A stretch of DNA of 64,000 bases from Armatimonadota bacterium (GTDB taxonomy: Bacteria > Sysuimicrobiota > Sysuimicrobiia > Sysuimicrobiales > Humicultoraceae). The DNA lies in assembly GCA_037443365.1 (NCBI GenBank), contig JBBIOM010000004.1, positions 32,001 through 96,000 of the forward strand, in the 5' to 3' direction. The notes under the pieces are model-generated. The model was not told the origin of the DNA, made no database searches, and was given only the letters and a program-made list of their open reading frames with translations. This document shows, one piece after another, positions 9,092 through 20,032 of the stretch; the stretch's first letter is position 1, and the number at the start of each line of letters is the position of its first letter. The position numbers were made by a program, and so were the translations under genes.

Positions 9092-12060
9092 CGATCTCGC
9101 TCTCTGATCCCGCCGGGACACTCGAGGACCTCACGCCCGGCCAGGCCGCCGCGGTAACGCACGGCGACGGCCCGCTGCTCATCGTCGCCGGCGCCGGCAC
9201 CGGGAAGACGACCGTGATCACGCGCCGCATCGCGTGGCTGATCTCCACCCGGCGCGCGCGCCCCAGCGAGATCCTCGCGCTCACCTTCACCGACAAGGCG
9301 GCCGCCGAGATGGAGACGCGCGTGGACCAGCTCGTGCCCTACGGGTACGTCGACGCCTGGATCAGCACGTTCCACGCCTTCGGCGACAGGGTGCTGCGCG
9401 ATCAGGCAATCGAGGCCGGGCTGGCCCCGGACTTCCGTGTTCTGTCGCGCCCGGAGCAGTTCGTGTTCTTCCGCGATCGCCTCTTCCAGATGCCGCTCGA
9501 GAGGTACAGGCCGCTGGGCGATCCCACGCGCTACATCGACGCCCTGCTCACCTTGATCGCGCGCGCGAAGGACGAGGACATCTCTCCCGAGGCGTACGAG
9601 GCCTGGGCGGAGCGCCTGGCCCTGGAGGGACAGGCCGGTGAGACCGAAACGGCTCCCGGAGAGGACGCCGGGGCGCACCGTGAACTGGCCCGGGTCTACG
9701 CGGCCTACCAGCGCCTTCTGCTGGAGGCGGGTCGGGTCGATTTCGGCGACCTGATCTCGATCCCGCTCCGGCTGTTCCGCGACCGCCCCGATATCCGCAG
9801 GCAGTATCAGGAGCGGTTTCGCTACATCCTGGTGGACGAGTTCCAGGACACGAATCACGCCCAGTTCGAGCTCGTGAAGATCATGGCCGCCGGACACCGC
9901 AACATCACGGTGGTGGGAGATGACGACCAGGCGATCTACAAGTTTCGCGGGGCGGCGATAAGCAACATCCTGGGGTTTGCGGCCGCGTATCCCGACGCCA
10001 CACAGGTGGTGCTCACCGAGAACTTCCGCTCGCCCCAAACGGTCCTCGACGCCGCCTATCGCCTGATAAGGCACAACGATCCCGACCGGCTGGAGGCGCG
10101 CAACCAGCTCGACAAGCGCCTCGCCGCCCGCACCCCGGACCGGACTCCTGTCCGGCACATCCACTACGACACCCTCTCAAGCGAGGCCGAAGGCGTGGCG
10201 GAGATGATCGCCGACCACATCCGATCAGGCGGGCGCGCGCGGGACTGCGCCATCCTGGTGCGGGCCAACCGTGACGCCGACCCGTTCATGCGCGCGTTGA
10301 ACCTTCGCGGGATCCCCTGGTGGTTCTCGGGAACGCGCGGGCTCTACGACCGGGAGGAAGTGAGGGTGGCGCTGGCGTTCCTGCGCGTCCTGGCCGATCC
10401 CGCCGACAACCTGAGCCTGTACTACCTGGGCACGTCAGGCCTCTACGAGATCGACGGCGCCGACATGGCGCTGGCGCTCAACCAGGCAGGCCGCCGCAAC
10501 AGATCGCTGGAGCACACCCTCCGCAACCCGCGCTCCGCGCAGGGGCTGGGTGCCGAGATCTCTCCCGAGAGCAGGGCTTCCGTTGCCCGCATGCTCGAGG
10601 ATCTGGACGAGATGCGCGCGCTGATGCGTCACCACGCCACGGGGCGCGTGCTCTACGAGTACCTGGTCACCCGCACGGGTTACATCCGCCGGCTGGCCAC
10701 CTCGGGGCTGCCCGGCGACGAGGTGAAGGTGGCGAACCTGGCCCGCCTCTTCGACATCGTGGCGCGCCACGGCGAGGTCGCCGTGTACGATCGTGTACCC
10801 GAGTTTGTGCGCCGCATGGAGGACCTGATCGCCGCCGGGGACGACCCCCCATCGCCGGAGCCCGACCCGGATTTCGACGGCGTGCAGGTCCTGACCGTGC
10901 ACAAGGCCAAGGGCCTGGAGTTCCAGATGGTGTTCCTGGTCAACTGCGTGGCCGATCGGTTCCCATCGCGCGGCCGCTCCGAGCCGCTGCGGATTCCCGA
11001 CGACCTGGTGCGCGACAAAGAGGTGCTGCCCTCGGGCGACAGCCACCTGCAGGAGGAGCGGCGGCTGTTCTACGTCGGCATGACGCGCGCGAAGCAGCGC
11101 CTCGTGCTGACAAGCGGACGGGACTACGGAAACGTGCGCCCGCGCAAGATCAGCCGGTTCGTGCTGGAGGCCCTGGACGAACCGGCGGTTGAGGTGGCGG
11201 TGCTCGGGGTCTCGGCGGTCGAGTCGATAGCACGGCACGCCCCTCCAGCGGATGCGCCCGTGGTGCTGCCTGGCATCCTGCCGCCCGAGGCGACCGTGAA
11301 TCTCTCGTTCCGGCAAGTGGACGACTACCAGATCTGTCCGCTCAAGTACAAGTACACGCACGTGCTGCGCGTGCCGCTGCTGCGCGACCACCGTGTTGTG
11401 TACGGCGCGGCCGTGCATGCCGGGGCCATGGAGTACAACCGGCGCCGCGCGCGTGGACAGCCGATCGAACCCGAGCACCTGATACAGGCGTTCGAGCGCG
11501 CCTGGACCAGCGAGGGGTTCATCAGCCGCGAGCACGAGGACCAGCGAATGGCCGAGGGGCGCCAGGTCCTGCGAACATTCCTGGAGTTCCAGCGGGCCTC
11601 TGGCACGGTGCCGACGATGGTCGAGAGCAGGTTCGCGGTCCAGATCGGCAGCACGCGTGTAATTGGGCGGTGGGACCGCGTGGATCTGCATCGCCCCGAC
11701 AGGGCGGGCGCGGACGATGAAGCGGTTATCATCGACTTCAAGACGGCCGACGTGCGGGCTCAGAAGGACGCCGACCGCAGGGCCAAGGAGAGTCTCCAGC
11801 TCGACATCTACGCCCTTGCCTTCCATAGCCACTACGGCCGCATGCCCAATCGGCTGGAGCTGCATTTCCTGGGGCCCAGGCAGGTTCTGGTGGGGACCGC
11901 CACACCTACCCAAGCAAGGCTGGATGCCGCGTCTGGGGCAATCGAGGCCGCGGCCGCGGGCATCCGCAGCCGGGAGTTCACCGCGACCCCCGACTACTAC
12001 CGGGCCTGCCGGTACTGCGCCTTCGCTTCGATTTGCCCCTACACCGCGGGGGAGGACTAG
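9088..12060 (+). CDS. UvrD/PcrA-family SF1 helicase fused to a C-terminal RecB-type PD-(D/E)XK nuclease with a 4-Cys Fe-S motif
   Basis: Helicase motifs AGAGTGKT, LVDEFQD, VGDDDQAIY, TVHKAKGLEF, EERRLFYVGMTRA; nuclease motifs GRWDRVD, IIDFKT, QLDIY; Cys750 plus C974-x2-C977-x5-C983. Confidence 0.88.
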   Translation: MTISLSDPAGTLEDLTPGQAAAVTHGDGPLLIVAGAGTGKTTVITRRIAWLISTRRARPSEILALTFTDKAAAEMETRVDQLVPYGYVDAWISTFHAFGDRVLRDQAIEAGLAPDFRVLSRPEQFVFFRDRLFQMPLERYRPLGDPTRYIDALLTLIARAKDEDISPEAYEAWAERLALEGQAGETETAPGEDAGAHRELARVYAAYQRLLLEAGRVDFGDLISIPLRLFRDRPDIRRQYQERFRYILVDEFQDTNHAQFELVKIMAAGHRNITVVGDDDQAIYKFRGAAISNILGFAAAYPDATQVVLTENFRSPQTVLDAAYRLIRHNDPDRLEARNQLDKRLAARTPDRTPVRHIHYDTLSSEAEGVAEMIADHIRSGGRARDCAILVRANRDADPFMRALNLRGIPWWFSGTRGLYDREEVRVALAFLRVLADPADNLSLYYLGTSGLYEIDGADMALALNQAGRRNRSLEHTLRNPRSAQGLGAEISPESRASVARMLEDLDEMRALMRHHATGRVLYEYLVTRTGYIRRLATSGLPGDEVKVANLARLFDIVARHGEVAVYDRVPEFVRRMEDLIAAGDDPPSPEPDPDFDGVQVLTVHKAKGLEFQMVFLVNCVADRFPSRGRSEPLRIPDDLVRDKEVLPSGDSHLQEERRLFYVGMTRAKQRLVLTSGRDYGNVRPRKISRFVLEALDEPAVEVAVLGVSAVESIARHAPPADAPVVLPGILPPEATVNLSFRQVDDYQICPLKYKYTHVLRVPLLRDHRVVYGAAVHAGAMEYNRRRARGQPIEPEHLIQAFERAWTSEGFISREHEDQRMAEGRQVLRTFLEFQRASGTVPTMVESRFAVQIGSTRVIGRWDRVDLHRPDRAGADDEAVIIDFKTADVRAQKDADRRAKESLQLDIYALAFHSHYGRMPNRLELHFLGPRQVLVGTATPTQARLDAASGAIEAAAAGIRSREFTATPDYYRACRYCAFASICPYTAGED

Positions 12061-12092
12061 CACACCCTACTGCGGGCGGAAGGGAGGCGGGC

Positions 12093-13148
12093 GTGAGCAC
12101 CCTGGATGTGGTCATGTTGGCGGCCGCGGCCGCGGCCGGCGCCGGCCTGGCCGTCCTGGCCCTGCGGCGGCGCGAGGGGCCTGACGCCGGGCTGCTGATG
12201 CTACAACAGCAGCTCGACGCGCTGCGCGGGCAGATGTCGCAACGCCTTGACGAGGTAGGCCGCAACGTCGCCGAACGCCTGGACGCGAACCTGCAGATGG
12301 TGGGCCAGCGGTTCACGGAGACCGCGGGTCTGGTGACAACGGTGCACGAACGGTTGAAGGGAGTGGAGGAGGCCGCCGGCCGGATCTACGATCTTGGCCG
12401 TGACCTGGCCTCCCTGCAGGAGATCCTGCGGCCGCCCAAGCTGCGCGGCGGCGTGGGCGAACTGCTCCTTGAGAACCTCCTGCGCGACCGCCTGCCGGAG
12501 TCCATCTTCGAGATGCAGCACCGCTTCCCCAACGGCATGGTGGTGGATGCGGTGATCCGCCTGGGGGATAGGCTGGTGCCCGTGGATTCGAAGTTTCCCC
12601 TGGAGGGCTTCCAGGCGATGCTGCGGTCCGCATCCGACGAGGAACGCGCAAGGACCAGGCGGGAGTTCGATCGCCAGGTCCAGGCGCACGTCAGGACCAT
12701 AGCCGAGAAGTACATCCTGCCCGAGGAGGGCACGTACGACTTCGCGCTGATGTACGTGCCCGCGGAGAACGTGTACTACGAGGCCGTCGTGCGAGGGGAC
12801 GAGGCAGGAGGCCTCTACCAGTACTGCATGGAGCGCCGCGTGATCCCGGTCTCGCCCACCACCTTCTACGCGTACCTTGTGGCGCTGGTCTACGGCCTCA
12901 AGGGGCTCCAGGTGGAGCGCCAGGCTGGCCAGATCCGCGAAGGGCTGGCGCATCTGGCGGCGGACATCGGGCTGGTCAGGGAGCCCATGGCCAGGCTGGG
13001 CGAGCAGATTCGGCGGGCCCAGAACAACTACGAGGTCGCGCGCCGGGCGCTGGACCGCTTCGGAGACCGGCTGCAGAGCCTGGGCGGCGTTCCCATTCCC
13101 GAGGGGCCCGAGGAGGCGCTGCCGCAGGCGTCGCAGCCCGATTCTTGA
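12093..13148 (+). CDS. rmuC: DNA recombination protein RmuC
   Basis: N-terminal TM and coiled coil; RGGVGE, VDSKFP, DFALMYVPAE and SPTT motifs; GGGAGG RBS before GTG 12093. Confidence 0.88.
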   Translation: MSTLDVVMLAAAAAAGAGLAVLALRRREGPDAGLLMLQQQLDALRGQMSQRLDEVGRNVAERLDANLQMVGQRFTETAGLVTTVHERLKGVEEAAGRIYDLGRDLASLQEILRPPKLRGGVGELLLENLLRDRLPESIFEMQHRFPNGMVVDAVIRLGDRLVPVDSKFPLEGFQAMLRSASDEERARTRREFDRQVQAHVRTIAEKYILPEEGTYDFALMYVPAENVYYEAVVRGDEAGGLYQYCMERRVIPVSPTTFYAYLVALVYGLKGLQVERQAGQIREGLAHLAADIGLVREPMARLGEQIRRAQNNYEVARRALDRFGDRLQSLGGVPIPEGPEEALPQASQPDS

Positions 13149-13174
13149 CACTGTTTTCGGTCCGTCGGTACAAT
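13145..13174 (+). promoter_or_regulatory. sigma70/SigA promoter for rny
   Basis: TTGACA (13145-13150), 18-bp spacer, TACAAT (13169-13174). Confidence 0.7.
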
Positions 13175-13246
13175 CGAGTGAAAGGGCAGCAAGTATCCTT
13201 CCAAACCGGAGGGTGATGCCGCAACAACCCAGCACAACCGAGGGAG

Positions 13247-14797
13247 GTGACCACCATCGAAGCCATGGGCCCGTACGTAGTCACCGTGGTCGCGGCCCTG
13301 ATCGCGCTCCTCCTCGGGTACCTCCTGCGCAGAACCATCGCCGAGGCGCGGATAGAATCGGCCGAAGTGGCCGCACGACAGATCCTTGAGGAAGCAAGGA
13401 AGGAGGCAGAAGCCCGGCAGCGGGAAGCCGTCGTTGAAGCCAAGGACGAGGCGTTCCGCCTCAAGCGTGAAGCGGAGAAAGAGATCCGTGAACTGCGCGC
13501 GGATCTCCTGCGGCAAGAGCGGCGTTTGGCACAGCGAGAGGAGAACCTCGAGCGCAAGATCGAAGGCTTTGAGAAGCGCGAGCACCATCAGGCGGAAGAG
13601 GAACAACGCATCGCCCAACTGCGCGAGGAAGCCGCACGGCACAAGCACGCGCAGCAGGCTGAACTCGAGCGGATCGCGGGCCTGACCTCGGAGGAGGCCC
13701 GCGCCCAGGTCCTGTCGGCCGTCGAGGTCAGCACGCGGAACGAAGCCGTACAACTCATTCGTCGCATTGAGAGCGAGGCCCGGGACGAGGGCGACCGCCG
13801 AGCCCGCGAGATCCTGGCACTGGCCATCCAGCGGTGCGCGGCCGAGCACACGGCCGAGGTCACCGTTTCGGTCGTACCCCTTCCCAACGAGGACATGAAG
13901 GGCCGCATCATCGGCCGCGAGGGCCGGAACATCCGAACCCTGGAGAGCCTCACCGGCGTGGATCTGATCGTTGACGACACGCCGGAGGCCGTCACGGTCT
14001 CCTCGTTTGATCCCGTCCGTCGCGAAGTGGCCAGGCTGGCGCTGGAGAAGCTGATGGCGGACGGCCGAATCCACCCCGGCAGGATTGAGGAGGTGGTCGA
14101 GAAGGCACGCGCCGAGGTCGAGGAGCGTGTGCGCTCAGACGGCGAGCAGGCCGCGTTCGAGGCCAACGTCCACGGTCTGCACCCGGAGGAGGTGCAGGTC
14201 CTGGGGAGGCTCAAGTACCGTCACTCCTATGGCCAGAACCTGCTCCGCCACTCCATTGAGGTGTCGCTGCTGTCAGGGTTGCTCTCCACGCACTTGGGCG
14301 CCGATACGGCGCTGGCCCGGCGGGCCGGGCTGCTGCACGACATCGGCAAGGCCCTCACGCACGAGGCGGAGGGGACCCATGTCACGCTAGGGGCCGACCT
14401 GTGCAGACGCTACCACGAGCCTCCCGAGGTGATGAACGCGATCGCCTATCATCACGGCGAGGAGGAGCCCGCGTGCCTGGAGGCGGTGATCGTGGCCGCC
14501 GCCGATGCGATCTCGGCCAGCCGGCCCGGCGCCCGCAGGGAGACCGTCGAGCTGTACATCAAGCGCCTGCAGGCGCTCGAGGAGCTGGCCACATCGTTCG
14601 ACGGCGTGGAGAAGGCCTACGCGATCCAGGCCGGGCGCGAGATACGGGTCATCGTCAGGCCGACCGAGGTGGATGACGCCGGCGCGACGATCCTCGCCCG
14701 CGACCTGGCACGCAAGATCGAGGAGCAGCTGAAGTACCCCGGGCAGATCAAGGTAACGGTCCTCCGCGAGACCCGGGTTGTGGAGTACGCGCGGTGA
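13247..14797 (+). CDS. rny: Ribonuclease Y
   Basis: N-terminal TM, coiled coil, KH domain ([13 protein letters not shown]), HD domain (GLLHDIGK), [12 protein letters not shown]. Confidence 0.97.
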   Translation: MTTIEAMGPYVVTVVAALIALLLGYLLRRTIAEARIESAEVAARQILEEARKEAEARQREAVVEAKDEAFRLKREAEKEIRELRADLLRQERRLAQREENLERKIEGFEKREHHQAEEEQRIAQLREEAARHKHAQQAELERIAGLTSEEARAQVLSAVEVSTRNEAVQLIRRIESEARDEGDRRAREILALAIQRCAAEHTAEVTVSVVPLPNEDMKGRIIGREGRNIRTLESLTGVDLIVDDTPEAVTVSSFDPVRREVARLALEKLMADGRIHPGRIEEVVEKARAEVEERVRSDGEQAAFEANVHGLHPEEVQVLGRLKYRHSYGQNLLRHSIEVSLLSGLLSTHLGADTALARRAGLLHDIGKALTHEAEGTHVTLGADLCRRYHEPPEVMNAIAYHHGEEEPACLEAVIVAAADAISASRPGARRETVELYIKRLQALEELATSFDGVEKAYAIQAGREIRVIVRPTEVDDAGATILARDLARKIEEQLKYPGQIKVTVLRETRVVEYAR

Positions 14798-14801
14798 GCG
14801 A

Positions 14802-15599
14802 GTGAACATCCTGTTTGTGGGAGATGTCACAGGGAAGCCGGGCAGGCGCCTCCTCGCTGAGCGCCTGCCCGCTCTCCGGCGGTCGCGCGATCTCGACGTC
14901 GTGATCGCCAACGCCGAGAACGCCGCAGGGGGGAGGGGCCTGACCGCGCATGTGGCCGAGGAGATGTTCGCCGCCGGGGTGGATGTGATCACGTCCGGCA
15001 ATCACATCTGGAACAACCGGGAGGCATACGATCTCCTCGACGCCGACCCACGCATCCTGCGTCCGGCCAACTATCCGCCCGGGGTGCCCGGGCGGGGAGC
15101 GGCGGTGCTGGCGACCGCGGGCGGCGCCACGATCGGCGTGATCAACCTGCAGGGACGCGTGTTCATGGCTGAGCTGGACGATCCGTTCCGCCTGGCGCGG
15201 AGCCTTGCGAATGAGCTGCGGGCCAAGGTGCCCGCGGTGGTTGTGGACTTCCATGGAGAGGCCACGTCAGAGAAGGTCGCCATGGGATGGCACCTGGACG
15301 GCTTTGTGAGCGCGGTCATCGGCACGCACACGCACGTGCAGACGGCCGACGAGCGCGTTCTGCCCGAGGGCACCGCCTACATCACCGATGTGGGCATGAC
15401 AGGACCGCGCGACGGCATCATCGGCATGGCCCGCTCGGCGGTGCTGGAACGCTTCATGACGCAGCTCCCGGCGCGTTTCGAGGTGGCCGCAGGTCCGGTA
15501 ATGCTGAACGCGGTGCTGGTGACCGTCGCCGCCGACGGCCGGGCCACCGCGATCGAGCGCATCCAGGAAGTCGCAGGGGACGGGCCGCGTGCGGATTGA
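14802..15599 (+). CDS. ymdB: YmdB-family metallophosphoesterase
   Basis: GDVTG, NAEN, TSGNH, DFHGEATSEK, GTHTHV and TDVGMTG motifs; follows rny. Confidence 0.92.
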   Translation: MNILFVGDVTGKPGRRLLAERLPALRRSRDLDVVIANAENAAGGRGLTAHVAEEMFAAGVDVITSGNHIWNNREAYDLLDADPRILRPANYPPGVPGRGAAVLATAGGATIGVINLQGRVFMAELDDPFRLARSLANELRAKVPAVVVDFHGEATSEKVAMGWHLDGFVSAVIGTHTHVQTADERVLPEGTAYITDVGMTGPRDGIIGMARSAVLERFMTQLPARFEVAAGPVMLNAVLVTVAADGRATAIERIQEVAGDGPRAD

Positions 15600-16452
15600 C
15601 CTTCACACCCACACCGTGGCCTCGGACGGCCTCTTGGATCCCGGAGCACTGGTCGCCGAGGCCCGGTCGCGCGGCGTGGGGATACTCGCGGTCTGCGACC
15701 ACGACTCGACCGCCGGGGTGGACGACGCCGTTGCCGCCGGCAGGAAGCTCGGCGTGGAGGTCTGGCCCGCGCTGGAGCTATCCTGCGACGTCGACGATGG
15801 AGAGGTCCACCTGCTGGGGTACTTCGTGGATCATCGCCAGAACTGGTTGCAGGCGCTCCTGGGGCGGCTGCGGGAGGGCCGCTCGGACCGCGCCGCGCGC
15901 ATGGTCGGCAGGCTGGCGGCGCTGGGAGCGCCGGTTGCGCATGAGCGCGTGGCGACCCTGGCGGCAGGGGGCGCGATCGGCAGACTGCACGTGGCCCGGG
16001 CGCTCGTCGAGGCCGGGCACGTACGCGACGTCAACGAGGCGTTCGACCGATTCATCGGACGAGGGCGGCCCGCCTACGCCGAGCGGCTCAAGCTTTCCCC
16101 TGAGCAGGCCGTCGCCCTGATCCGCGCGGCCGGCGGCCTGGCCGTGCTGGCGCATCCTGGCGTGGCGAATGGTGGCGCGCGAATCCCTGCGTTGGTCGAG
16201 GCCGGCCTGGACGGGCTTGAGGTCTACTACCCGGACCACAGCCCGTCCCAGGTAGAGGAGTACAGGGCGCTCGTTGCGAGGATGGGGCTTCTGGCCACTG
16301 GCGGCACCGACTTCCACGGCGGCGCCGCCTCCACCCACATGCCGGTGGGCGGTCAGTACGTGCCCGAATCGGTAGTCGCCCCGATCCGCGAGGCCGCGGC
16401 GCACCGGAAGGCCGCTTCCGAACCGCCGGCGATCGAGATACTGCCAGGGTGA
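15589..16452 (+). CDS. PHP-domain phosphoesterase (TrpH/YciV-like)
   Basis: DLHTHTVASDG, CDHDS, HLLGY, LAHP and TGGTDFHG motifs. Confidence 0.88.
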   Translation: MRIDLHTHTVASDGLLDPGALVAEARSRGVGILAVCDHDSTAGVDDAVAAGRKLGVEVWPALELSCDVDDGEVHLLGYFVDHRQNWLQALLGRLREGRSDRAARMVGRLAALGAPVAHERVATLAAGGAIGRLHVARALVEAGHVRDVNEAFDRFIGRGRPAYAERLKLSPEQAVALIRAAGGLAVLAHPGVANGGARIPALVEAGLDGLEVYYPDHSPSQVEEYRALVARMGLLATGGTDFHGGAASTHMPVGGQYVPESVVAPIREAAAHRKAASEPPAIEILPG

Positions 16453-16493
16453 TCCTGCACGACCGATTCAGAGGAGACGAGAGGAGCACATGA

Positions 16494-16709
16494 ATGCGTT
16501 GCCCCAAGTGCGGTGCCGACAATCCCCAGGGGCGCACCCTGTGTGTGCGCTGCAGTACCCGTTTGCGTCCCCTGCCCGGAGGAGGCCCCTCCCCGGCGGA
16601 CCCAGGTGAGGCCCTGATGCCGCGCCTGCGCGCCGACCTGGCGCGCCTTGCCTTGGTCACGGCCGTCGTGGTGGCCGTAGCCATGGTCATGGGCACGCTT
16701 CTGCGCTGA
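16494..16709 (+). CDS. Small zinc-ribbon protein with a C-terminal TM helix
   Basis: CPKC...CVRC; hydrophobic C-terminus; GAGGAG RBS. Confidence 0.65.
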   Translation: MRCPKCGADNPQGRTLCVRCSTRLRPLPGGGPSPADPGEALMPRLRADLARLALVTAVVVAVAMVMGTLLR

Positions 16710-16715
16710 TCCGAC

Positions 16716-18113
16716 ATGCCCGAGGAGGGTCCGCCCCTGCGCCTCCTGCCCTCAGTGGACCGAGTGGTGGAGGAGTTGCGCCGGCGGGGTCTGCTCGATG
16801 CGTTCTCACGCAGGGCGGCCACGCTGGCGGTCCAGCATGCGGTGGACGAGGCGCGCCGCGCGCTACGTGAGGGAGGAGGCGGCGTGGAGCACGAAGCCAT
16901 CGCGGATCGCGCCGCGGCAGTGCTGCGGCGGCAGTTCGGCGGCGGTCCCAGGCGCGTCATCAACGCGAGCGGCATCATACTGCACACAAACCTCGGACGC
17001 GCTCCCCTCTCCGTGGCGGCGCAGGCGGCGCTGGGTGAAGTCTCGTCCGGCTACTGCGCCCTGGAGATCGACCTGGAGAGCGGGGAGCGCGGCAGCCGCG
17101 CCGCGCACGTCGAGCCGCTGCTGACCGCCCTGACCGGGGCCGAGGCCGGCTTCGCGGTGAACAACGCCGCAGCCGCGGTCGTGCTTGCCCTGGCGGCCCT
17201 GGCCACCGGACGCGAGGTGCTGGTCGGGCGCGGCGAGCTCGTTGAGATCGGAGGCGGATTCCGGCTGCCCGACGTCATGCGCGCAAGCGGCGCCCGCCTC
17301 GTGGAGGTGGGAACGACCAACCGTACGTACCTGTCGGACTACGCGAGGGCACTGGGCGAACAGACGGGCATGTTGCTGAAGGTGCATCGGAGCAACTTCT
17401 CCCAGAGCGGGTTCGTGCAGGATGTCGCGCTGTCCGAGCTTGTGGAGCTCGGGCGGAGCCGCGACGTTCCGGTCGTGCATGATCTGGGCAGCGGCTGCCT
17501 TGTTGACACGGTGCGCGTGGGACTCCCGGCAGAGCCGATGGTGCAGGCCTCGGTAGCGCAGGGCGCGGATCTGGTGATCTTCAGCGGCGACAAACTGCTG
17601 GGCGGGCCGCAGGCCGGCGTGATCGTGGGGAGGCGCGCCACGACGGACCGCTGCCGGTCCCATCCGATGGCCAGGGCCGCGCGCCTGGACAAGTTGAACC
17701 TGGCAGCGCTTGTGGCCACCCTGCGCGCCCATCTCGACCAGGACCGGGCGTGGAAGGAGATCCCGATCCTGGCGATGCTGGCGCGCGCCCCCGGGGCGCG
17801 CCGCGCTCTGGCGCGGCGCCTGGCCAGAGGGGTACTGGGGGCCGTGGGAGGGGCGGCCTCGGTGGATGTCGTGCCCACGCACGGAGAGGTGGGAGGAGGT
17901 GCGCTTCCCGGCGCCTCGATTCCGTCCTGGGCCGTCAGGATCTCCCCTGTATCTGCGCGGCCCGAGGATTGGGCCGCACGCCTCCGGACGGGATCCGTGC
18001 CGGTGCTCGGTTTCATGCGGGAAGGCGCACTGCATCTGGACGTCCTGGCGCTGCTGCCCGGGGAGGAGCGGCGGATCCCGGCGCTGCTTCGGGCCGCCGC
18101 TTTCCCCGACTGA
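16716..18113 (+). CDS. selA: L-seryl-tRNA(Sec) selenium transferase
   Basis: [40 protein letters not shown], and the PLP-lysine motif [13 protein letters not shown]. Confidence 0.96.
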   Translation: MPEEGPPLRLLPSVDRVVEELRRRGLLDAFSRRAATLAVQHAVDEARRALREGGGGVEHEAIADRAAAVLRRQFGGGPRRVINASGIILHTNLGRAPLSVAAQAALGEVSSGYCALEIDLESGERGSRAAHVEPLLTALTGAEAGFAVNNAAAAVVLALAALATGREVLVGRGELVEIGGGFRLPDVMRASGARLVEVGTTNRTYLSDYARALGEQTGMLLKVHRSNFSQSGFVQDVALSELVELGRSRDVPVVHDLGSGCLVDTVRVGLPAEPMVQASVAQGADLVIFSGDKLLGGPQAGVIVGRRATTDRCRSHPMARAARLDKLNLAALVATLRAHLDQDRAWKEIPILAMLARAPGARRALARRLARGVLGAVGGAASVDVVPTHGEVGGGALPGASIPSWAVRISPVSARPEDWAARLRTGSVPVLGFMREGALHLDVLALLPGEERRIPALLRAAAFPD

Positions 18114-20032
18114 TGCATCCGGTCACAATCGGCACCGCAGGGCACATAGACCACGGCAAGAGCGCGCTGGTGCGGGCGCTGACCGGCACCGACCCCGACC
18201 GCCTGGCCGAGGAGCAACGGCGCGGAATGACCCTTGATCTGGGCTTCGCGCACCTGGACCTGCCTGGGGGCCGGCGCGTGGGCATAGTGGATGTGCCAGG
18301 ACACGAAGCGCTCGTGCACAACATGCTGGCCGGGGCCGGAGGCATAGATCTGGTCATGCTCGTGGTGGCCGCCGACGAAGGCGCGATGCCACAGACACGG
18401 GAGCATGTGGACATCCTGCGCTTCCTCTGCCCCTGGGGCGGTGTGGTGGTCATCAGCAAGATGGACCTTGGGCCTGACCCGGAATGGCTGGCCGCGGTCG
18501 AGGAGGACCTTTCCGGGCTTGTGGCTGGGACGGCCCTGGAGGGCGCGCCGCTCGTGCACGTCTCGGCCAGGACCGGCGACGGGCTGGCAGAGCTGGTGCG
18601 CGTGCTCGCACGCCTGGTGGAGCAGGTACCGGAGAGATCGGCCGACGGTCCGGCACGCATGCCCGTGGATCGCTCCTTCACGATGCAGGGATTTGGCACC
18701 GTGGTAACCGGCACGGTATGGAACGGGCGCATCCTGCAAGGGGACACCCTGGTGCTGCTGCCATCGGGCCGGCAGGCAAGGGTGCGTGGCATCCAGGTCC
18801 ACGGCGTGGCTGTACCTGAGGCGACGGCGGGCAGCCGGGCCGCGGTCAATCTGGCCGGAGTCGAGAAGAGCGAGGCCAGGCGGGGCGACGTCCTGGCCAC
18901 GCCCGGCGCTTTCCGCGTCACCGACCGGCTGGACGTCCGCCTGAGACTCCTTCCTCACGCGCCCGCGCTGCGGCACGCCGCGCGGCTGCACGTCCACATC
19001 GGCGCCGGCGAGACCATCGGACGCGCGGTGCTGGCCGGACGCGGCGCGCTGGCCCCCGGCGAGGAGGGACTGGCCCAGATCCGCCTGGAGGCCCAGGTGG
19101 TCGCCGTGCATGGCGATCGGTTCGTGGTGCGGCGCTACTCGCCCACGAGCACCGTCGGGGGCGGGACCGTCCTGAACCCCGCGCCGTCGCGGCGACGCCG
19201 CGGTACACCTGCCGCGGCCGAGATGGACGCAGGCGAGAAGGGAGGCGCCGGGGCGCTCGTCGTGGCCGCGGTTACAGCGCGGGGACGCGCCGGAATGGCT
19301 CCCTCTGAGGTCGCGGCCGAATCTGGCGTGACCGAGCCCGTCGCCCGGGCCGCGCTTGCGAAGGCGGTTGAGGAGGGCGCCGTCCAGGACGTGGGCGCCC
19401 GCGTCTACGCGACGTCGGCGGTGCTCGAAACGCGCCGCGCCATAGAGGAAGCCCTGGGAGCATACCACAGGGCCGAGCCGTGGCGCCGCGGCATGCCGCG
19501 CGAGGAGCTCAAGAGGCGGGTACAGGCCGGGCCCCGCGACCCTCTGCTGGAGGCGGTGCTGGCACAGCTCTTGGGCGCGGGGGGCCTGGTGGAGACCCGA
19601 GGCTTGCTGGCGCTGGCAGGGCACACACCGAGGGTGGGGGAGGGCGAAAGGGCGCTGCGCGAGGCCCTCCTGGCGTTGCTGGAGCGGGCGGGTATCCAAC
19701 CCCTCCCGGGCGGGGAAATCGAGCGCCTGGGGCCTCCCAGTGCCCTGAACAGGGCGTTCCAGGCGCTGATCGACGAGGCCCTGGCCGTGCAGATAGCGCC
19801 CGACCTGCGGATCGCCGCGCGCGCGGCGGAGCAGGCCCGGCAGGCCGTGCTCGAGATGCTCCAACAGGGTACGCCAGTGAGTGTGGCGTCGCTACGTGAC
19901 CGGCTTCAGACCAACAGGAAGTACGCGCTGGCCCTGCTGGAGTACCTGGATTCGGCGCGGGTTACGCGCCGCGTGGGCGACCGGCGGATCCCCGGCCCCC
20001 TGGCCGAGCAGCCGCTCTGGCCGCCTGGCTAG
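18113..20032 (+). CDS. selB: Selenocysteine-specific elongation factor
   Basis: [18 protein letters not shown]-terminal winged-helix motif [24 protein letters not shown] overlap with selA. Confidence 0.96.
   Translation: MHPVTIGTAGHIDHGKSALVRALTGTDPDRLAEEQRRGMTLDLGFAHLDLPGGRRVGIVDVPGHEALVHNMLAGAGGIDLVMLVVAADEGAMPQTREHVDILRFLCPWGGVVVISKMDLGPDPEWLAAVEEDLSGLVAGTALEGAPLVHVSARTGDGLAELVRVLARLVEQVPERSADGPARMPVDRSFTMQGFGTVVTGTVWNGRILQGDTLVLLPSGRQARVRGIQVHGVAVPEATAGSRAAVNLAGVEKSEARRGDVLATPGAFRVTDRLDVRLRLLPHAPALRHAARLHVHIGAGETIGRAVLAGRGALAPGEEGLAQIRLEAQVVAVHGDRFVVRRYSPTSTVGGGTVLNPAPSRRRRGTPAAAEMDAGEKGGAGALVVAAVTARGRAGMAPSEVAAESGVTEPVARAALAKAVEEGAVQDVGARVYATSAVLETRRAIEEALGAYHRAEPWRRGMPREELKRRVQAGPRDPLLEAVLAQLLGAGGLVETRGLLALAGHTPRVGEGERALREALLALLERAGIQPLPGGEIERLGPPSALNRAFQALIDEALAVQIAPDLRIAARAAEQARQAVLEMLQQGTPVSVASLRDRLQTNRKYALALLEYLDSARVTRRVGDRRIPGPLAEQPLWPPG

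Noticed and set aside
11300-12060. Cas4-like Fe-S nuclease domain as evidence of a CRISPR system
   Set aside because: It is fused to a UvrD helicase in the recA operon; no other cas genes or repeat-spacer array are in the window
18111-18115. Other TGA stops (selA, receiver 24245-24247, psrC, csoR, binding protein 49598) as Sec codons
   Set aside because: Each protein looks complete at the stop, several are TGATG/ATGA couplings, and I saw no homologous in-frame continuation
17339-19864. Long antisense or alternate-frame ORFs (e.g. 841 aa here; also 40331..42325, 41041..42951, 45620..47674, 61343..63475)
   Set aside because: Shadow ORFs of well-supported genes in high-GC DNA; Arg/Gly/Pro-rich with no recognisable motifs
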